The notes below the pieces were generated by a model. It was not told where the DNA came from. It searched no databases and saw only the letters and a list, made by a program, of their open reading frames with translations. Position numbers and translations under genes: made by a program. From Minisyncoccota bacterium (lineage in GTDB: Bacteria; Patescibacteriota; Minisyncoccia; Phycocordibacterales; UBA9973): a DNA stretch of 64,000 bases. Each line of letters opens with the position of its first letter. Within the stretch, counting starts at the first letter, position 1. Below, one piece after another: positions 18,052-27,851 of this stretch. The stretch lies in NCBI GenBank assembly GCA_041662205.1, contig JBAZSZ010000001.1:226494-290493 (forward strand), given 5' to 3'.

Positions 18052-19008
18052 CTATCGGAGTTGGTGCCGTGAGGGACCGTTCCCTCCGCCTGGGATCGTA
18101 ACCTTTTTTCCGGCCACTTTGGCGGCAAATGAAATAATTTCTGAGAATTTTTGTGAGTTAATCACAATAGATGCTGACTCTTTAAGCCTTATCAGCTCAG
18201 AGACTAAGGCGCCTAGGAACCAGTCCCCAGCACCAGTTTCATATATTCCTCCAGGATAAGATACTGCCTTCCATTCTTCCCAATAATGAGACCATAGTAT
18301 CGGGGATAAAGAAAATAATCCTCCTTTATCCGCTGCAGTGACCACTATAATTCGTGGCCCGTACGAGTGGATTTTGCGTAAATCCATACCAGTTTCATCA
18401 AACTCGCGCTTATTCAGCACGAGAATGTCCACCAACGGAAGAATCTTCTTGAACTCTTTGCTTGCGCAAAGAGTATCCTTCGCGTTCAGCAAGCGATACC
18501 CAGGCTGTGCCTGAAAGAGAAGTGCTTCAGCAAACGGCATCTCTACCGCTCTGAGACCCGTGATAACGACGAAGGTATTCGGGCCAATACCTACTTCTGG
18601 TCCAGCAAGATCCTGTAATGTTTCAGACACCACAGAATGAACTAAGTTACCTTTTTTCCCCCAAACCTCGCCGTTGCTTTCACTAATAACTGGAATCACA
18701 GCGTGATTTGTTTCGCTGAGAACTTCAAGTGGGGTGAACGGCACACCACCTTTTTCTATTACGTTACGTAAAAGTATGTCTTCAACCTTTTTTGAAGACT
18801 GAAACTCCGTCCCCACTAAGCCAACAAGGTGAGGACATCCTCCTAAACACTTAATCGCTGTAGCTGTGTTGCCCGAAGATCCACTCAAGCAACAAGTCAT
18901 ACACCTTAGGGTCTTTTTCGGCCCTGCAGTGTTTTCAACTGTCAATTCCATCTCAGGGTTCACAGAAACCCCAACTACTGCATCGTAATACGTTCCTTTT
19001 TTTTTCAT
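18052..19008 (-). CDS. PfkB-family carbohydrate kinase
   Basis: SGSSGNTA, LNKRE, ETGAGDWF; own TTGACA-18-TATTCT promoter and AAGGAGG SD. Confidence 0.8.
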   Translation of the reverse strand: MKKKGTYYDAVVGVSVNPEMELTVENTAGPKKTLRCMTCCLSGSSGNTATAIKCLGGCPHLVGLVGTEFQSSKKVEDILLRNVIEKGGVPFTPLEVLSETNHAVIPVISESNGEVWGKKGNLVHSVVSETLQDLAGPEVGIGPNTFVVITGLRAVEMPFAEALLFQAQPGYRLLNAKDTLCASKEFKKILPLVDILVLNKREFDETGMDLRKIHSYGPRIIVVTAADKGGLFSLSPILWSHYWEEWKAVSYPGGIYETGAGDWFLGALVSELIRLKESASIVINSQKFSEIISFAAKVAGKKVTIPGGGNGPSRHQLR

Positions 19009-19242
19009 AACTTCCTCCTTATGTATTCTTCAACCACCAAAGTGGCTGTTTTTCTTTTGTTTACGATTTGCTTTTTAATCTAAGCCTAGAATACTAAAAA
19101 GATAAATAAAGTGTCAAATGTGTAGAAAACTTACTTTAGGTTTTTAGTTTAAAACCTAATAAATAAAGGTTAATTATATAATAACAACAAACTGTAGGAG
19201 AAAAATTGACAAATTAGCGATAAAAACATAATATATAAAAAT

Positions 19243-20001
19243 ATGCAGATCCAAGTAGTCCTGAAAAACTTTGGTCTTTCAGAAAAAGAAATAGCGGTAT
19301 ATCTGGCTTTGATTGAGCTCGGGGCTTCTTCGGTGCGAACGATATCACTGAAAGCAAAAATAAATCGTGGGACTACTTATGACATTTTGAAATCCTTAAT
19401 TAATCTTGGAATTATTTCCTATTACAATAAAGAATCAAAACAATATTTTATCGCTGAACGACCAGAAACACTACTTGCGGTAATAGATAAAAAACAAGAA
19501 GAACTAAAAGAGGTAAAAGAAAATATTGAAGAAAGTTTACCTTTATTTAAAACTATTTTTGAAAAACAAGGAGGGAAGCCAGTGGTGAAATTATACGAAG
19601 GAGTAATCGGTATTCGACATATTCTCGAAGATGTCCTAAAAAGTATGGATAGAGTCAAAGATAAAACTTACTATGTCTATTCTTCTTCAACAGTTAGAAA
19701 AAATGTGCATCAAGCGATGAAGGATTTTAGTAATAAAAGAATCCACAGAAAAATAAAAGTAAAAACTATTGCTCTAGGCGAAGGGGGAGATACCGTTGGC
19801 CTTGATGAAAGAAAATGGATGCAATTACCAGATACAAAAGGACAGGAAAATCTAAGATCAACATATGAAATAATCTATTGTGGAAAAGTGGCCCATATAA
19901 GTCTAGACAATGCAGAGAATCCAGTCGGAGTAGTGATAGAAAATCAAGAAATTTATCATACTCAAAAATTGATCTTTGAATATAATTGGAAAAAATTATA
20001 A
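19243..20001 (+). CDS. TrmB-family transcriptional regulator
   Basis: FGLSEKEIAVYLALIELG...NRGTTYDILKSL HTH, KPVVKLYEG. Confidence 0.88.
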   Translation: MQIQVVLKNFGLSEKEIAVYLALIELGASSVRTISLKAKINRGTTYDILKSLINLGIISYYNKESKQYFIAERPETLLAVIDKKQEELKEVKENIEESLPLFKTIFEKQGGKPVVKLYEGVIGIRHILEDVLKSMDRVKDKTYYVYSSSTVRKNVHQAMKDFSNKRIHRKIKVKTIALGEGGDTVGLDERKWMQLPDTKGQENLRSTYEIIYCGKVAHISLDNAENPVGVVIENQEIYHTQKLIFEYNWKKL

Positions 20002-20035
20002 AAAAAATGTTAGGGAAAGCAAGGCTCTCCCTAAC
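20000..20035 (-). terminator. Intrinsic terminator
   Basis: GTTAGGGA...TCCCTAAC stem next to an A-run. Confidence 0.7.
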
Positions 20036-20049
20036 GAGTGTGCGCGATA

Positions 20050-20283
20050 TTAAAATATATAACTTTCTTCCTTTCTTTTTTTCGCTCTTTCCCATCGAGA
20101 GAGAGCATTTTCCCCAGCCCTTTCCTTGGACTGGCAAAAAACTCCAGGGGACATTGTCCCCGTGACAGGACTCAAAAAGGCTATTCTTACTCCTTTGGAG
20201 GTCCTGTGTAGTTCTGCTTTTGGTAAACGATCCATGGCTTTTTGAGCGATGGGTCCTAAACCAAAATAATCATTCTTTTTCAT
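20050..20283 (-). CDS. Small hypothetical protein
   Basis: AAGGAGGTG SD, promoter and terminator. Confidence 0.65.
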   Translation of the reverse strand: MKKNDYFGLGPIAQKAMDRLPKAELHRTSKGVRIAFLSPVTGTMSPGVFCQSKERAGENALSRWERAKKRKEESYIF

Positions 20284-20397
20284 AAGAACACCTCCTTAAA
20301 ATTTTTTATACTATACAACAACTCTTGATATAAAACAATAGCCTAAAAAGCTATATTTTTATTTGTCTTTAATTCTTAGATATTATAATATGTATCT

Positions 20398-23319
20398 ATG
20401 ATTTCCCGTATATATGTGGCACCTAAAGGAAAAACTGATTTCATTAATTCTTACTTAATTTCACATAAGTTGGGAGTCGAAAAAATCCTAAAAATAGCTC
20501 AAGCTCTGACGAATCCAATCCTCGAAGAATTTTCTATAAATAAATTTCCCGATGTCGGACATCTGGCATCAAAATTTACTTATGCTATTGAAATAGGTTT
20601 TAAACCCGGGGTCACAGACAATGTAGGTCATACAGTGGAGGAAACTATTCTGGATTTATTGCATCTGAAAGATAAAAATGATTTAGCAGTCTACACTTCT
20701 AAAATTTATTTGGTTTCAAATTCTAAATTGGAAGATGTAGAAAAAATTGCTCTTACACTACACAATCCTTTAATTGAACGTTCTTATATCGCTAGTTTTG
20801 CTGAAATCAAAAAAGAAGGACTACCTTTAAAAGTTCCAAAAGTTATTCTCAAGAAAAATACCCCTGTCATTAATGTTTCTCTAAAAGTGCCTGATGAGGA
20901 ACTTGTAAAAATCGGTAAAGAAGGGATTTTGGGCAAGACAAACAGTAAGATAAAAGAAAGAAGGGGCCCGCTCGCTTTAGACTTGGCTTCAATGAAAGTA
21001 ATCCAAGAACATTTTAAAAAATTAAAAAGAGATCCGACTGATATTGAACTCGAATCTCTAGCGCAAACATGGTCTGAGCATTGCAAGCACACTATTTTTG
21101 CCAATCCTATCGAAGACATCAAGGATGGTTTGTATAAAACATATATAAAAGGCGCGACAAATTTAATACGCAAACAAAAAGGGAAGAAAGATTTTTGTGT
21201 CTCAGTGTTTAGTGATAATTCCGGTGGGATTATTTTTGATAAAGATTATTTAATAACGCATAAAGTTGAAACACACAATAGCCCTTCGGCTCTTGATCCA
21301 TTTGGAGGAGCTATCACGGGAATTGTGGGGGTGAATCGAGATACTATAGGCTTTGGCCTAGGCGCAAAACCAGTAGCCAATGCTTATGGTTTTTGTTTTG
21401 GTAATCCAGAAGACAAAAGGGCTCTTTTCCGCGATAAAAATTTAAGTCAAAAAATGCTTTCACCTAAACGCATAATGGAAGGAGTAGTAAAAGGAATAAA
21501 CGTAGGCGGAAATTGTTCTGGGATACCGACGCTTTCTGGTTTTGTTCATTATGATGAAAGGTATAGAGGCAAACCCTTGGTTTTTGCCGGAACAGTAGGA
21601 TTAATTCCAAGAAATTTACCCGCCTCTGGAGGGAATAATCGACCATCACACGAAAAACAGGCGCAAGTAGGAGATCACATTGTGGTAGTCGGAGGTAGAG
21701 TAGGGCTCGATGGCATCCATGGAGCAACTTTTTCTTCTGTAGTGATGGATTCGAGTTCTCCGGCTACTGCGGTGCAAATCGGTGACCCAATTACTCAAAA
21801 AAAATTAAGCGATGCAATAATCAAAGAAGCGCGAGATCTGAATTTATATAACAGTATCACAGACAATGGCGCAGGGGGGATTTCTTGTTCGGTTGCGGAA
21901 ATGGCAAAAGAATGCGGAGGAGCAAAAGTTTCGTTAGAAAAAGTTCCGTTAAAATACCCCGATCTTCGTCCGTGGGAAATTTGGATTTCAGAATCACAAG
22001 AACGTATGACTTTGTCAGTACCCAAGAAAAAATGGGAAGTATTTAAAAAATTAATGAATAGTCGGGGAGTAGAAGCGACTGTGATAGGTGAATTCACAAG
22101 TTCTGGAAAATGTATTGTGGATTATAGAAGTAAAAAGATAATGGATATCCCTATGGATTTTTTGCACGATGGCTTGCCGGAACAAAATTTAGTTACAGAA
22201 CCATTTATTTACAAAAATAATGAAATTAAACCTGAAACAAAAAAATCTTTTACTGAGATTTTGGAAAATTTACTTAGCAGTAAAAACATTAGTGGATTTT
22301 CCTTTATTTCCGAGCAGTATGATCACGAAGTGCAAGGATCTTCTGTTTTAAAACCTCTTTCCGGACGGGGTCGTATCAATACCGAAGCGCAAGTTTTAAA
22401 GCCAGTTTTAAATTCAAATAAAGGAGCTGTTTTATCTTCTAGCACTTATCCTTCTTATGGAGATATCAGCACTTATCACATGGCTGCTTGTGCGATAGAT
22501 ACTGCTATCAGAAATACTCTTTGCGCTGGTGGAACACTTTCGCATTTAGCTATTCTAGATAATTTCTGCTGGTGTTCATCTAATGATCCAAAACGCTTAG
22601 CTCAACTCATAGACTCAGTAAAGGCTTGCTACGACTACGCTGTAGGATACGGAACACCATTTATTTCTGGTAAAGATAGTATGTTTAATGACTTCAAAGG
22701 TTATGATGAAAAGGGTAATCCTGTGGCCGTCTCTATTCCACCGACACTTCTCATCTCAGCGATTAGCGTCATGTCTGATTTAAATAAAACTATTTCTCCT
22801 GAATTTAAAAATACAGGTGATGTGATTTATCTATTGGGAGAAACGAATGATGAACTAGGCGGAGGAGAGTATTTAAAAATGTTTGGCGTAGTAGGGGAAG
22901 ATGTACCCAAAGTAGATTTAAAGAAAAATATAAAAATATATCGTGCGTTAGAAAAAGTAATTCAAAAAGGATTAATTGCTTCAGCCATATCTCTTAATTC
23001 TGGCGGACTTGCGATTGCTCTCTCCAAAGCCTGTGTCGGAGGAATGGTAGGATGCAAAGTCTCCCTTGATCATATAGGAAATTCCTTTGGGATAGATGTA
23101 AAATTATTTTCTGAAAGCCAGGGAAGAGTTTTAATTTCTGTGTCTCCTCGAAATATCTCAGAATTTGAAAAAATAATAAAAAATATTCCTTATACTAAGT
23201 TAGGCAAAATAACTAAAGATGAGAAATTGATAATCACAAATGGTAAAAGTAAAGTGATAGAAACGAATGTTAAAAAATTACACAATGCTTACCATAAATT
23301 TTCTAATTCACAAAAATGA
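20398..23319 (+). CDS. purL: Phosphoribosylformylglycinamidine synthase PurL with PurS-like N-terminal part
   Basis: WSEHCKH, KVETHNSPS, DGIHGAT, SESQERM, FISGKDS. Confidence 0.97.
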   Translation: MISRIYVAPKGKTDFINSYLISHKLGVEKILKIAQALTNPILEEFSINKFPDVGHLASKFTYAIEIGFKPGVTDNVGHTVEETILDLLHLKDKNDLAVYTSKIYLVSNSKLEDVEKIALTLHNPLIERSYIASFAEIKKEGLPLKVPKVILKKNTPVINVSLKVPDEELVKIGKEGILGKTNSKIKERRGPLALDLASMKVIQEHFKKLKRDPTDIELESLAQTWSEHCKHTIFANPIEDIKDGLYKTYIKGATNLIRKQKGKKDFCVSVFSDNSGGIIFDKDYLITHKVETHNSPSALDPFGGAITGIVGVNRDTIGFGLGAKPVANAYGFCFGNPEDKRALFRDKNLSQKMLSPKRIMEGVVKGINVGGNCSGIPTLSGFVHYDERYRGKPLVFAGTVGLIPRNLPASGGNNRPSHEKQAQVGDHIVVVGGRVGLDGIHGATFSSVVMDSSSPATAVQIGDPITQKKLSDAIIKEARDLNLYNSITDNGAGGISCSVAEMAKECGGAKVSLEKVPLKYPDLRPWEIWISESQERMTLSVPKKKWEVFKKLMNSRGVEATVIGEFTSSGKCIVDYRSKKIMDIPMDFLHDGLPEQNLVTEPFIYKNNEIKPETKKSFTEILENLLSSKNISGFSFISEQYDHEVQGSSVLKPLSGRGRINTEAQVLKPVLNSNKGAVLSSSTYPSYGDISTYHMAACAIDTAIRNTLCAGGTLSHLAILDNFCWCSSNDPKRLAQLIDSVKACYDYAVGYGTPFISGKDSMFNDFKGYDEKGNPVAVSIPPTLLISAISVMSDLNKTISPEFKNTGDVIYLLGETNDELGGGEYLKMFGVVGEDVPKVDLKKNIKIYRALEKVIQKGLIASAISLNSGGLAIALSKACVGGMVGCKVSLDHIGNSFGIDVKLFSESQGRVLISVSPRNISEFEKIIKNIPYTKLGKITKDEKLIITNGKSKVIETNVKKLHNAYHKFSNSQK

Positions 23320-25073
23320 AAACTGAAACTAAGCAATGCCAAAACTGTAAGGAAAACTTCGTGATAGAGCAGGAAGATTTTAATTTTTACGAAAAAATAA
23401 AAGTCCCAACTCCGACTTTTTGTCCGCTATGTCGCGCGCAAAGAAGATTTGTTTTTAGAAATGAACGTAAACTTTTTAAAATCAAAGATGCTTTTACGGG
23501 TAAAAATATTTTTTCACTTTTTCCAGCAGAAAGTGGCAGAAAAGTCATTACTCAAGAAGAATGGTATGGAGACAGCTGGGATGCTATGGAATATGGGAGA
23601 GATTATGATTTTTCTAAAACATTCTTTGAACAATTTTTTGAACTTGAAAAAAAAGTGCCTATCTATAACCTAAATGTGCAGAGAATGATCAACAGCCCAT
23701 ATTCAGGAAATGCAACAGCCTTAAAGAATTGCTATCTTTGTTTTCATTCTAATTATTCTGAGGACTGTATGTATGGCAGTGCTAATGATTTTTGTAGAGA
23801 CTGTGTGGATACTTCTCATATTCAACATTCAGAACGTTGCTATGAATCTTTTTGGCTTAATAAATGTTATCAATGCTATTTCACCATAAAATCTGAAGAC
23901 TCTCGTAATTTGTATTTTTGCAGAGATTGCGTAGGTTGTAATGATTGTTTTGGTTGCGCAAATCTACGTAAGTCTTCCTATTGCATTTTTAATAAACAAT
24001 ACACGAAAGAAGAATACCAAAAAGAATTAGAAAAGATGAAACTGGAAACTATTTCAGGCACAAAAGAAGCGAGAGAGAAAGTTAGAGTATTTTGGAATAC
24101 TCAACCTATTAAAAATCACCAAGGACTTAAAAATTTAAATTCAACAGGATCTTTTGTGACAAATTGTAAAAATGTTAATGATGGTTATTTAATTCGAGAA
24201 GGTGAAAATATGCGCTACTGTCAATCCATGCAAGTACCTGCAAATAAAGATTGTTACGATACTTTTGCTTGGGGAGAAAATACAGAGCTTTCTTATGAAA
24301 CTGCAATATGTGGTGAAAATTCTTACAATATGAAATTTAGTTTTAATTGCTGGCCCACCTGTAGAGATAGTGAATATTGCATGGATCTTTTTAGTTGTTC
24401 AGATTGTTTTGGTTGTGTGGGTTTGAAAAAAAAGCAATATTGCATTTTTAATAAACAATTTACAAAAGAAGAATATCAAAAAATTGTGGGAAAAATTAAA
24501 GAACAAATGGATGAAGTTCCTTATGTAGATAAACAAGGTGTTATTTATAAATACGGAGAATTTTTTCCAGCTGAATTTTCTCAACTTGGGTATAATAATA
24601 CTGTAGCTCCTCAACATTTTCCACTGACAAAAGTAGAGGCAGAAAAGAAAGGATATTTATGGGTAGAAGCACCGCAAAGTGAGTATAAAATGACCATTAA
24701 GTCTTCCGAACTCCCAACCTCCATTCCAGAAGAAGATGAGATTCTAAAAGAAATCATAGAATGCGAGAACTGTAAAAAAGCTTATCGCATAATGGAAAAT
24801 GAATTGATTTTCTTGCGCAAGGAAAAACTACCTCTACCTAATTTGTGTCATGATTGCAGATATGATAGAAGAATAAAGGATAGGCTGACTATCAAATTAT
24901 ACGAAAGGTCATGTATGTGCGCAGGTGCTAAAGATGAAACTGGGATTTATAAAAATACAGTAAAACATCTTCATGGAGGTGAGCCATGTAGAGAGAAATT
25001 TAAGACTGGATATGCTCCAGAAAATAAAGAGGTAGTATATTGTGAAAAATGTTATCAGCAGGAAGTTTATTAA
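23316..25073 (+). CDS. CPR cysteine-rich repeat protein (zinc-ribbon termini)
   Basis: CQNC...PTFCPLCRAQRR, two Cys-repeat blocks, VYCEKCYQQEVY end. Confidence 0.85.
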   Translation: MKTETKQCQNCKENFVIEQEDFNFYEKIKVPTPTFCPLCRAQRRFVFRNERKLFKIKDAFTGKNIFSLFPAESGRKVITQEEWYGDSWDAMEYGRDYDFSKTFFEQFFELEKKVPIYNLNVQRMINSPYSGNATALKNCYLCFHSNYSEDCMYGSANDFCRDCVDTSHIQHSERCYESFWLNKCYQCYFTIKSEDSRNLYFCRDCVGCNDCFGCANLRKSSYCIFNKQYTKEEYQKELEKMKLETISGTKEAREKVRVFWNTQPIKNHQGLKNLNSTGSFVTNCKNVNDGYLIREGENMRYCQSMQVPANKDCYDTFAWGENTELSYETAICGENSYNMKFSFNCWPTCRDSEYCMDLFSCSDCFGCVGLKKKQYCIFNKQFTKEEYQKIVGKIKEQMDEVPYVDKQGVIYKYGEFFPAEFSQLGYNNTVAPQHFPLTKVEAEKKGYLWVEAPQSEYKMTIKSSELPTSIPEEDEILKEIIECENCKKAYRIMENELIFLRKEKLPLPNLCHDCRYDRRIKDRLTIKLYERSCMCAGAKDETGIYKNTVKHLHGGEPCREKFKTGYAPENKEVVYCEKCYQQEVY

Positions 25074-25078
25074 AAAAA

Positions 25079-25831
25079 ATGAAAAAACCAAAAATAATAA
25101 TAATGTCGGGGTATGGATTAAATTGTGAAGAAGAAACAAAATTCGCTTTTGAAAAAGCGGGAGGAAATGCCGACATCATACATATTAATGATTTAATAAA
25201 AAAACCTAAAATGCTTTCAGGGTATCAAATTTTAGTTTTTCCTGGAGGATTTTCTTTTGGTGATGATACAGGTAGCGGAAAAGCTTATGCTAATAAATTT
25301 AAAAATCATTTAGCAAAAGAATTAGCAGAATTTTTATCTCGTGATACTTTAGCTTTAGGTATTTGTAATGGATTTCAAATAATAACTAATTTAGGAATAT
25401 TGCCTGGTGGACTTACTTATAATAAAAAAGGAAAATATTTAGACAGATGGGTGGATTTAAAAGCCAAAGGGGATAGTCCTTGGTTGAAAAATATTGGAAA
25501 AATATCATTACCAATAGCGCATGGTGAAGGACGTTATATAATTTCCTCTAAAGAATACAAAAAAATGAAAGAGAATAATGAAATTGCTTTCATATACTCA
25601 AATGGAGAAATTTGCGAGTTTCAAAACCTAGAAAAAAACCCAAATGGATCAGAACATGACATCGCAGGAGTTTTGGCATATAATGGGAGAGTTCTAGGTA
25701 TGATGCCACATCCGGAGAGAGCAATGTTTTCACATCAAAATCCAATGTGGCAAATGAATAAAAAAGTTTCCAAAGAAGGAGTAGGATTACAAATTTTTAA
25801 AAACGGTATTAATTATTTTTTAAATTCATGA
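25079..25831 (+). CDS. purQ: Phosphoribosylformylglycinamidine synthase glutaminase subunit
   Basis: PGGFSFGD, GICNGFQ, AHGEG, NPNGS, MMPHPER. Confidence 0.97.
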   Translation: MKKPKIIIMSGYGLNCEEETKFAFEKAGGNADIIHINDLIKKPKMLSGYQILVFPGGFSFGDDTGSGKAYANKFKNHLAKELAEFLSRDTLALGICNGFQIITNLGILPGGLTYNKKGKYLDRWVDLKAKGDSPWLKNIGKISLPIAHGEGRYIISSKEYKKMKENNEIAFIYSNGEICEFQNLEKNPNGSEHDIAGVLAYNGRVLGMMPHPERAMFSHQNPMWQMNKKVSKEGVGLQIFKNGINYFLNS

Positions 25832-27225
25832 GCGAATTAAAAGAAAAGTGTGGAATCGTAGGAATATACGGTAAGGATTTACCTATTGCTCGGTTAGCAT
25901 TTTTTGCCTTATTTGCATTACAACACAGAGGACAAGAAGCATCAGGAATAACCACAAATGATGGTAAAAAGTTTCGTACCCATAAAGGAGCAGGGCTCGT
26001 ATCTCAAGTATATACAGAAAAAACAATCAAAAAACTGACTGGATATGTAGCCATAGGACACAATAGATATTCTACCTCCAAAGGAGGAGCGCTAAATCAC
26101 GCACAACCAGTTGTAAATAATGATAAGTCTTTTGCTCTAGCGCACAATGGCAATTTGCCAAGCACTAAAGCATTAGAGAATTTTCTCTCTTCAAAAAAAG
26201 TATTGAAAAAAGATCGCAATGATTCAGAGCTCATGGCTGATGCAATTGATTTTTATCTCAAAGAAGGTAACTCAATTTCAAAATCTGTAGAAAAATCCTT
26301 TCCTTTATTTACTGGAGCTTTTTCTTTAGTAATGATGACTAAAGATACCTTGGTCGCCGTGCGAGACGCTTATGGAATGCGTCCGCTAGCTATAGGAAAG
26401 CTCAGCCTTGGTTATGTTGTTGCTTCCGAGACTTGCGCTCTTCAAACTGTCGGCGCAACATTTTTAAGAGAAGTAAAACCTGGAGAAATGATTATTATAA
26501 ATAAAAGTGGTCTTAAAAGTGTCCAACTCGCACCACCCAATCCAAAACACGATATATTTGAATATGTTTATTTCGCTCGACCAGATAGTGTGCTGAACGG
26601 CAAATTAATTTATGATGTTAGAAGAAATTTTGGAAAAGTTTTAGCTAGTGAATTTAAGAAAAAAGTTGATATTATCGTACCGGTACCCGATACGGCAATG
26701 CCGGTGGCCATAGGGTATAGTCAAGCTTCAGGTATTCCAATGGAGATGGCTTTGGTGAAAAATCGTTATGTTCATAGAACTTTTATCGAGCCCGACCAAA
26801 AATCCAGACGAAATAGTGTGGCACTCAAACTCATACCTTTACCACAAATTTTAAAAGGTAAAAAAATTATAGTAATAGATGATTCTATTGTCAGGGGACA
26901 TACCTGTAGAAAATTAGTTAAAACACTTTTTAAATCAGGCGCCAAGGAAGTGCATCTTTTAATTTCTTCCCCACCTGTTCGTTTTCCAGACTTTTATGGC
27001 ATGGATACTCCTAACCAAGATGAATTAATTGCTTCTTATAAAACAACGGAAGAAGTACGCAAATTCATGGGTGCTACATCACTCCATTATCTTTCTCTCG
27101 ATGGATTAATAAAAGCTATTGGACTACCAAAAGATAAATTATCTACTTCGTGCTTTACCGGTATTTATCCAATTGACTTAAAAGAACGCAAAGATGAAGT
27201 GGATTACGATGTTTCAAGGGAATAA
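25828..27225 (+). CDS. purF: Amidophosphoribosyltransferase
   Basis: EKCGIVG, LQHRGQE, GHNRYST, DDSIVRG. Confidence 0.98.
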   Translation: MSELKEKCGIVGIYGKDLPIARLAFFALFALQHRGQEASGITTNDGKKFRTHKGAGLVSQVYTEKTIKKLTGYVAIGHNRYSTSKGGALNHAQPVVNNDKSFALAHNGNLPSTKALENFLSSKKVLKKDRNDSELMADAIDFYLKEGNSISKSVEKSFPLFTGAFSLVMMTKDTLVAVRDAYGMRPLAIGKLSLGYVVASETCALQTVGATFLREVKPGEMIIINKSGLKSVQLAPPNPKHDIFEYVYFARPDSVLNGKLIYDVRRNFGKVLASEFKKKVDIIVPVPDTAMPVAIGYSQASGIPMEMALVKNRYVHRTFIEPDQKSRRNSVALKLIPLPQILKGKKIIVIDDSIVRGHTCRKLVKTLFKSGAKEVHLLISSPPVRFPDFYGMDTPNQDELIASYKTTEEVRKFMGATSLHYLSLDGLIKAIGLPKDKLSTSCFTGIYPIDLKERKDEVDYDVSRE

Positions 27226-27236
27226 AAATAAATATT

Positions 27237-27851
27237 ATGGGCACGAAAATAAAATTGGCAATATTAATTTCTGATGCCGGTACTGGCACTAATTTAAAAG
27301 CTATTATCGATGGAGTTAATTCCGGTACAATCAACGCTGAAATTTGCGCAGTAATTTCAGATACTATAAATGCAAAAGGACTAGAACATGCTAAGGCAAA
27401 TAATTTAAAAATTGAAATTTGTGAAAATAAAAAAGACTTACTGCCACTTTTAAAAAAAATAGAGTCGGATTATGTTTGCTTGGCTGGCTGGAAACAAATT
27501 ATTCTAGATGAAGTGATTCTCGCTTTTCCAAATAAGATTTTAAATTTACACCCTGGACTAATTCCTGACACTGTTGAAGTAAACTATAAAAATCCTGATG
27601 GGACAGATGCTCTTTGGAATAAAGGCATGATGACCAATAAAGCAATCAAGAATTTCTTTGATCAAAAGTCTACTTTTGCCGGTTCGAGTGTCCATTTTTT
27701 AACTTTAAATTTTGATTTTGGGCCAGTCCTAGGAAGAACTTTTGAGAAAATTGAAGAGAGTGACAATATCGAATCCTTATACGAAAGATTAAAGAAAAAA
27801 GAAAACAAGCTATATATAGAAGTTTTAGAAAAATTGTGTCAAAATGAATAA
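27237..27851 (+). CDS. purN: Phosphoribosylglycinamide formyltransferase
   Basis: GTNLKA, LAGW, LNLHPG, SVHF..D.GP. Confidence 0.9.
   Translation: MGTKIKLAILISDAGTGTNLKAIIDGVNSGTINAEICAVISDTINAKGLEHAKANNLKIEICENKKDLLPLLKKIESDYVCLAGWKQIILDEVILAFPNKILNLHPGLIPDTVEVNYKNPDGTDALWNKGMMTNKAIKNFFDQKSTFAGSSVHFLTLNFDFGPVLGRTFEKIEESDNIESLYERLKKKENKLYIEVLEKLCQNE

Noticed and set aside
19135-19160. TTAGGTTTT/AAAACCTAA dyad as a TrmB operator
   Set aside because: AT-rich and not repeated at pur promoters
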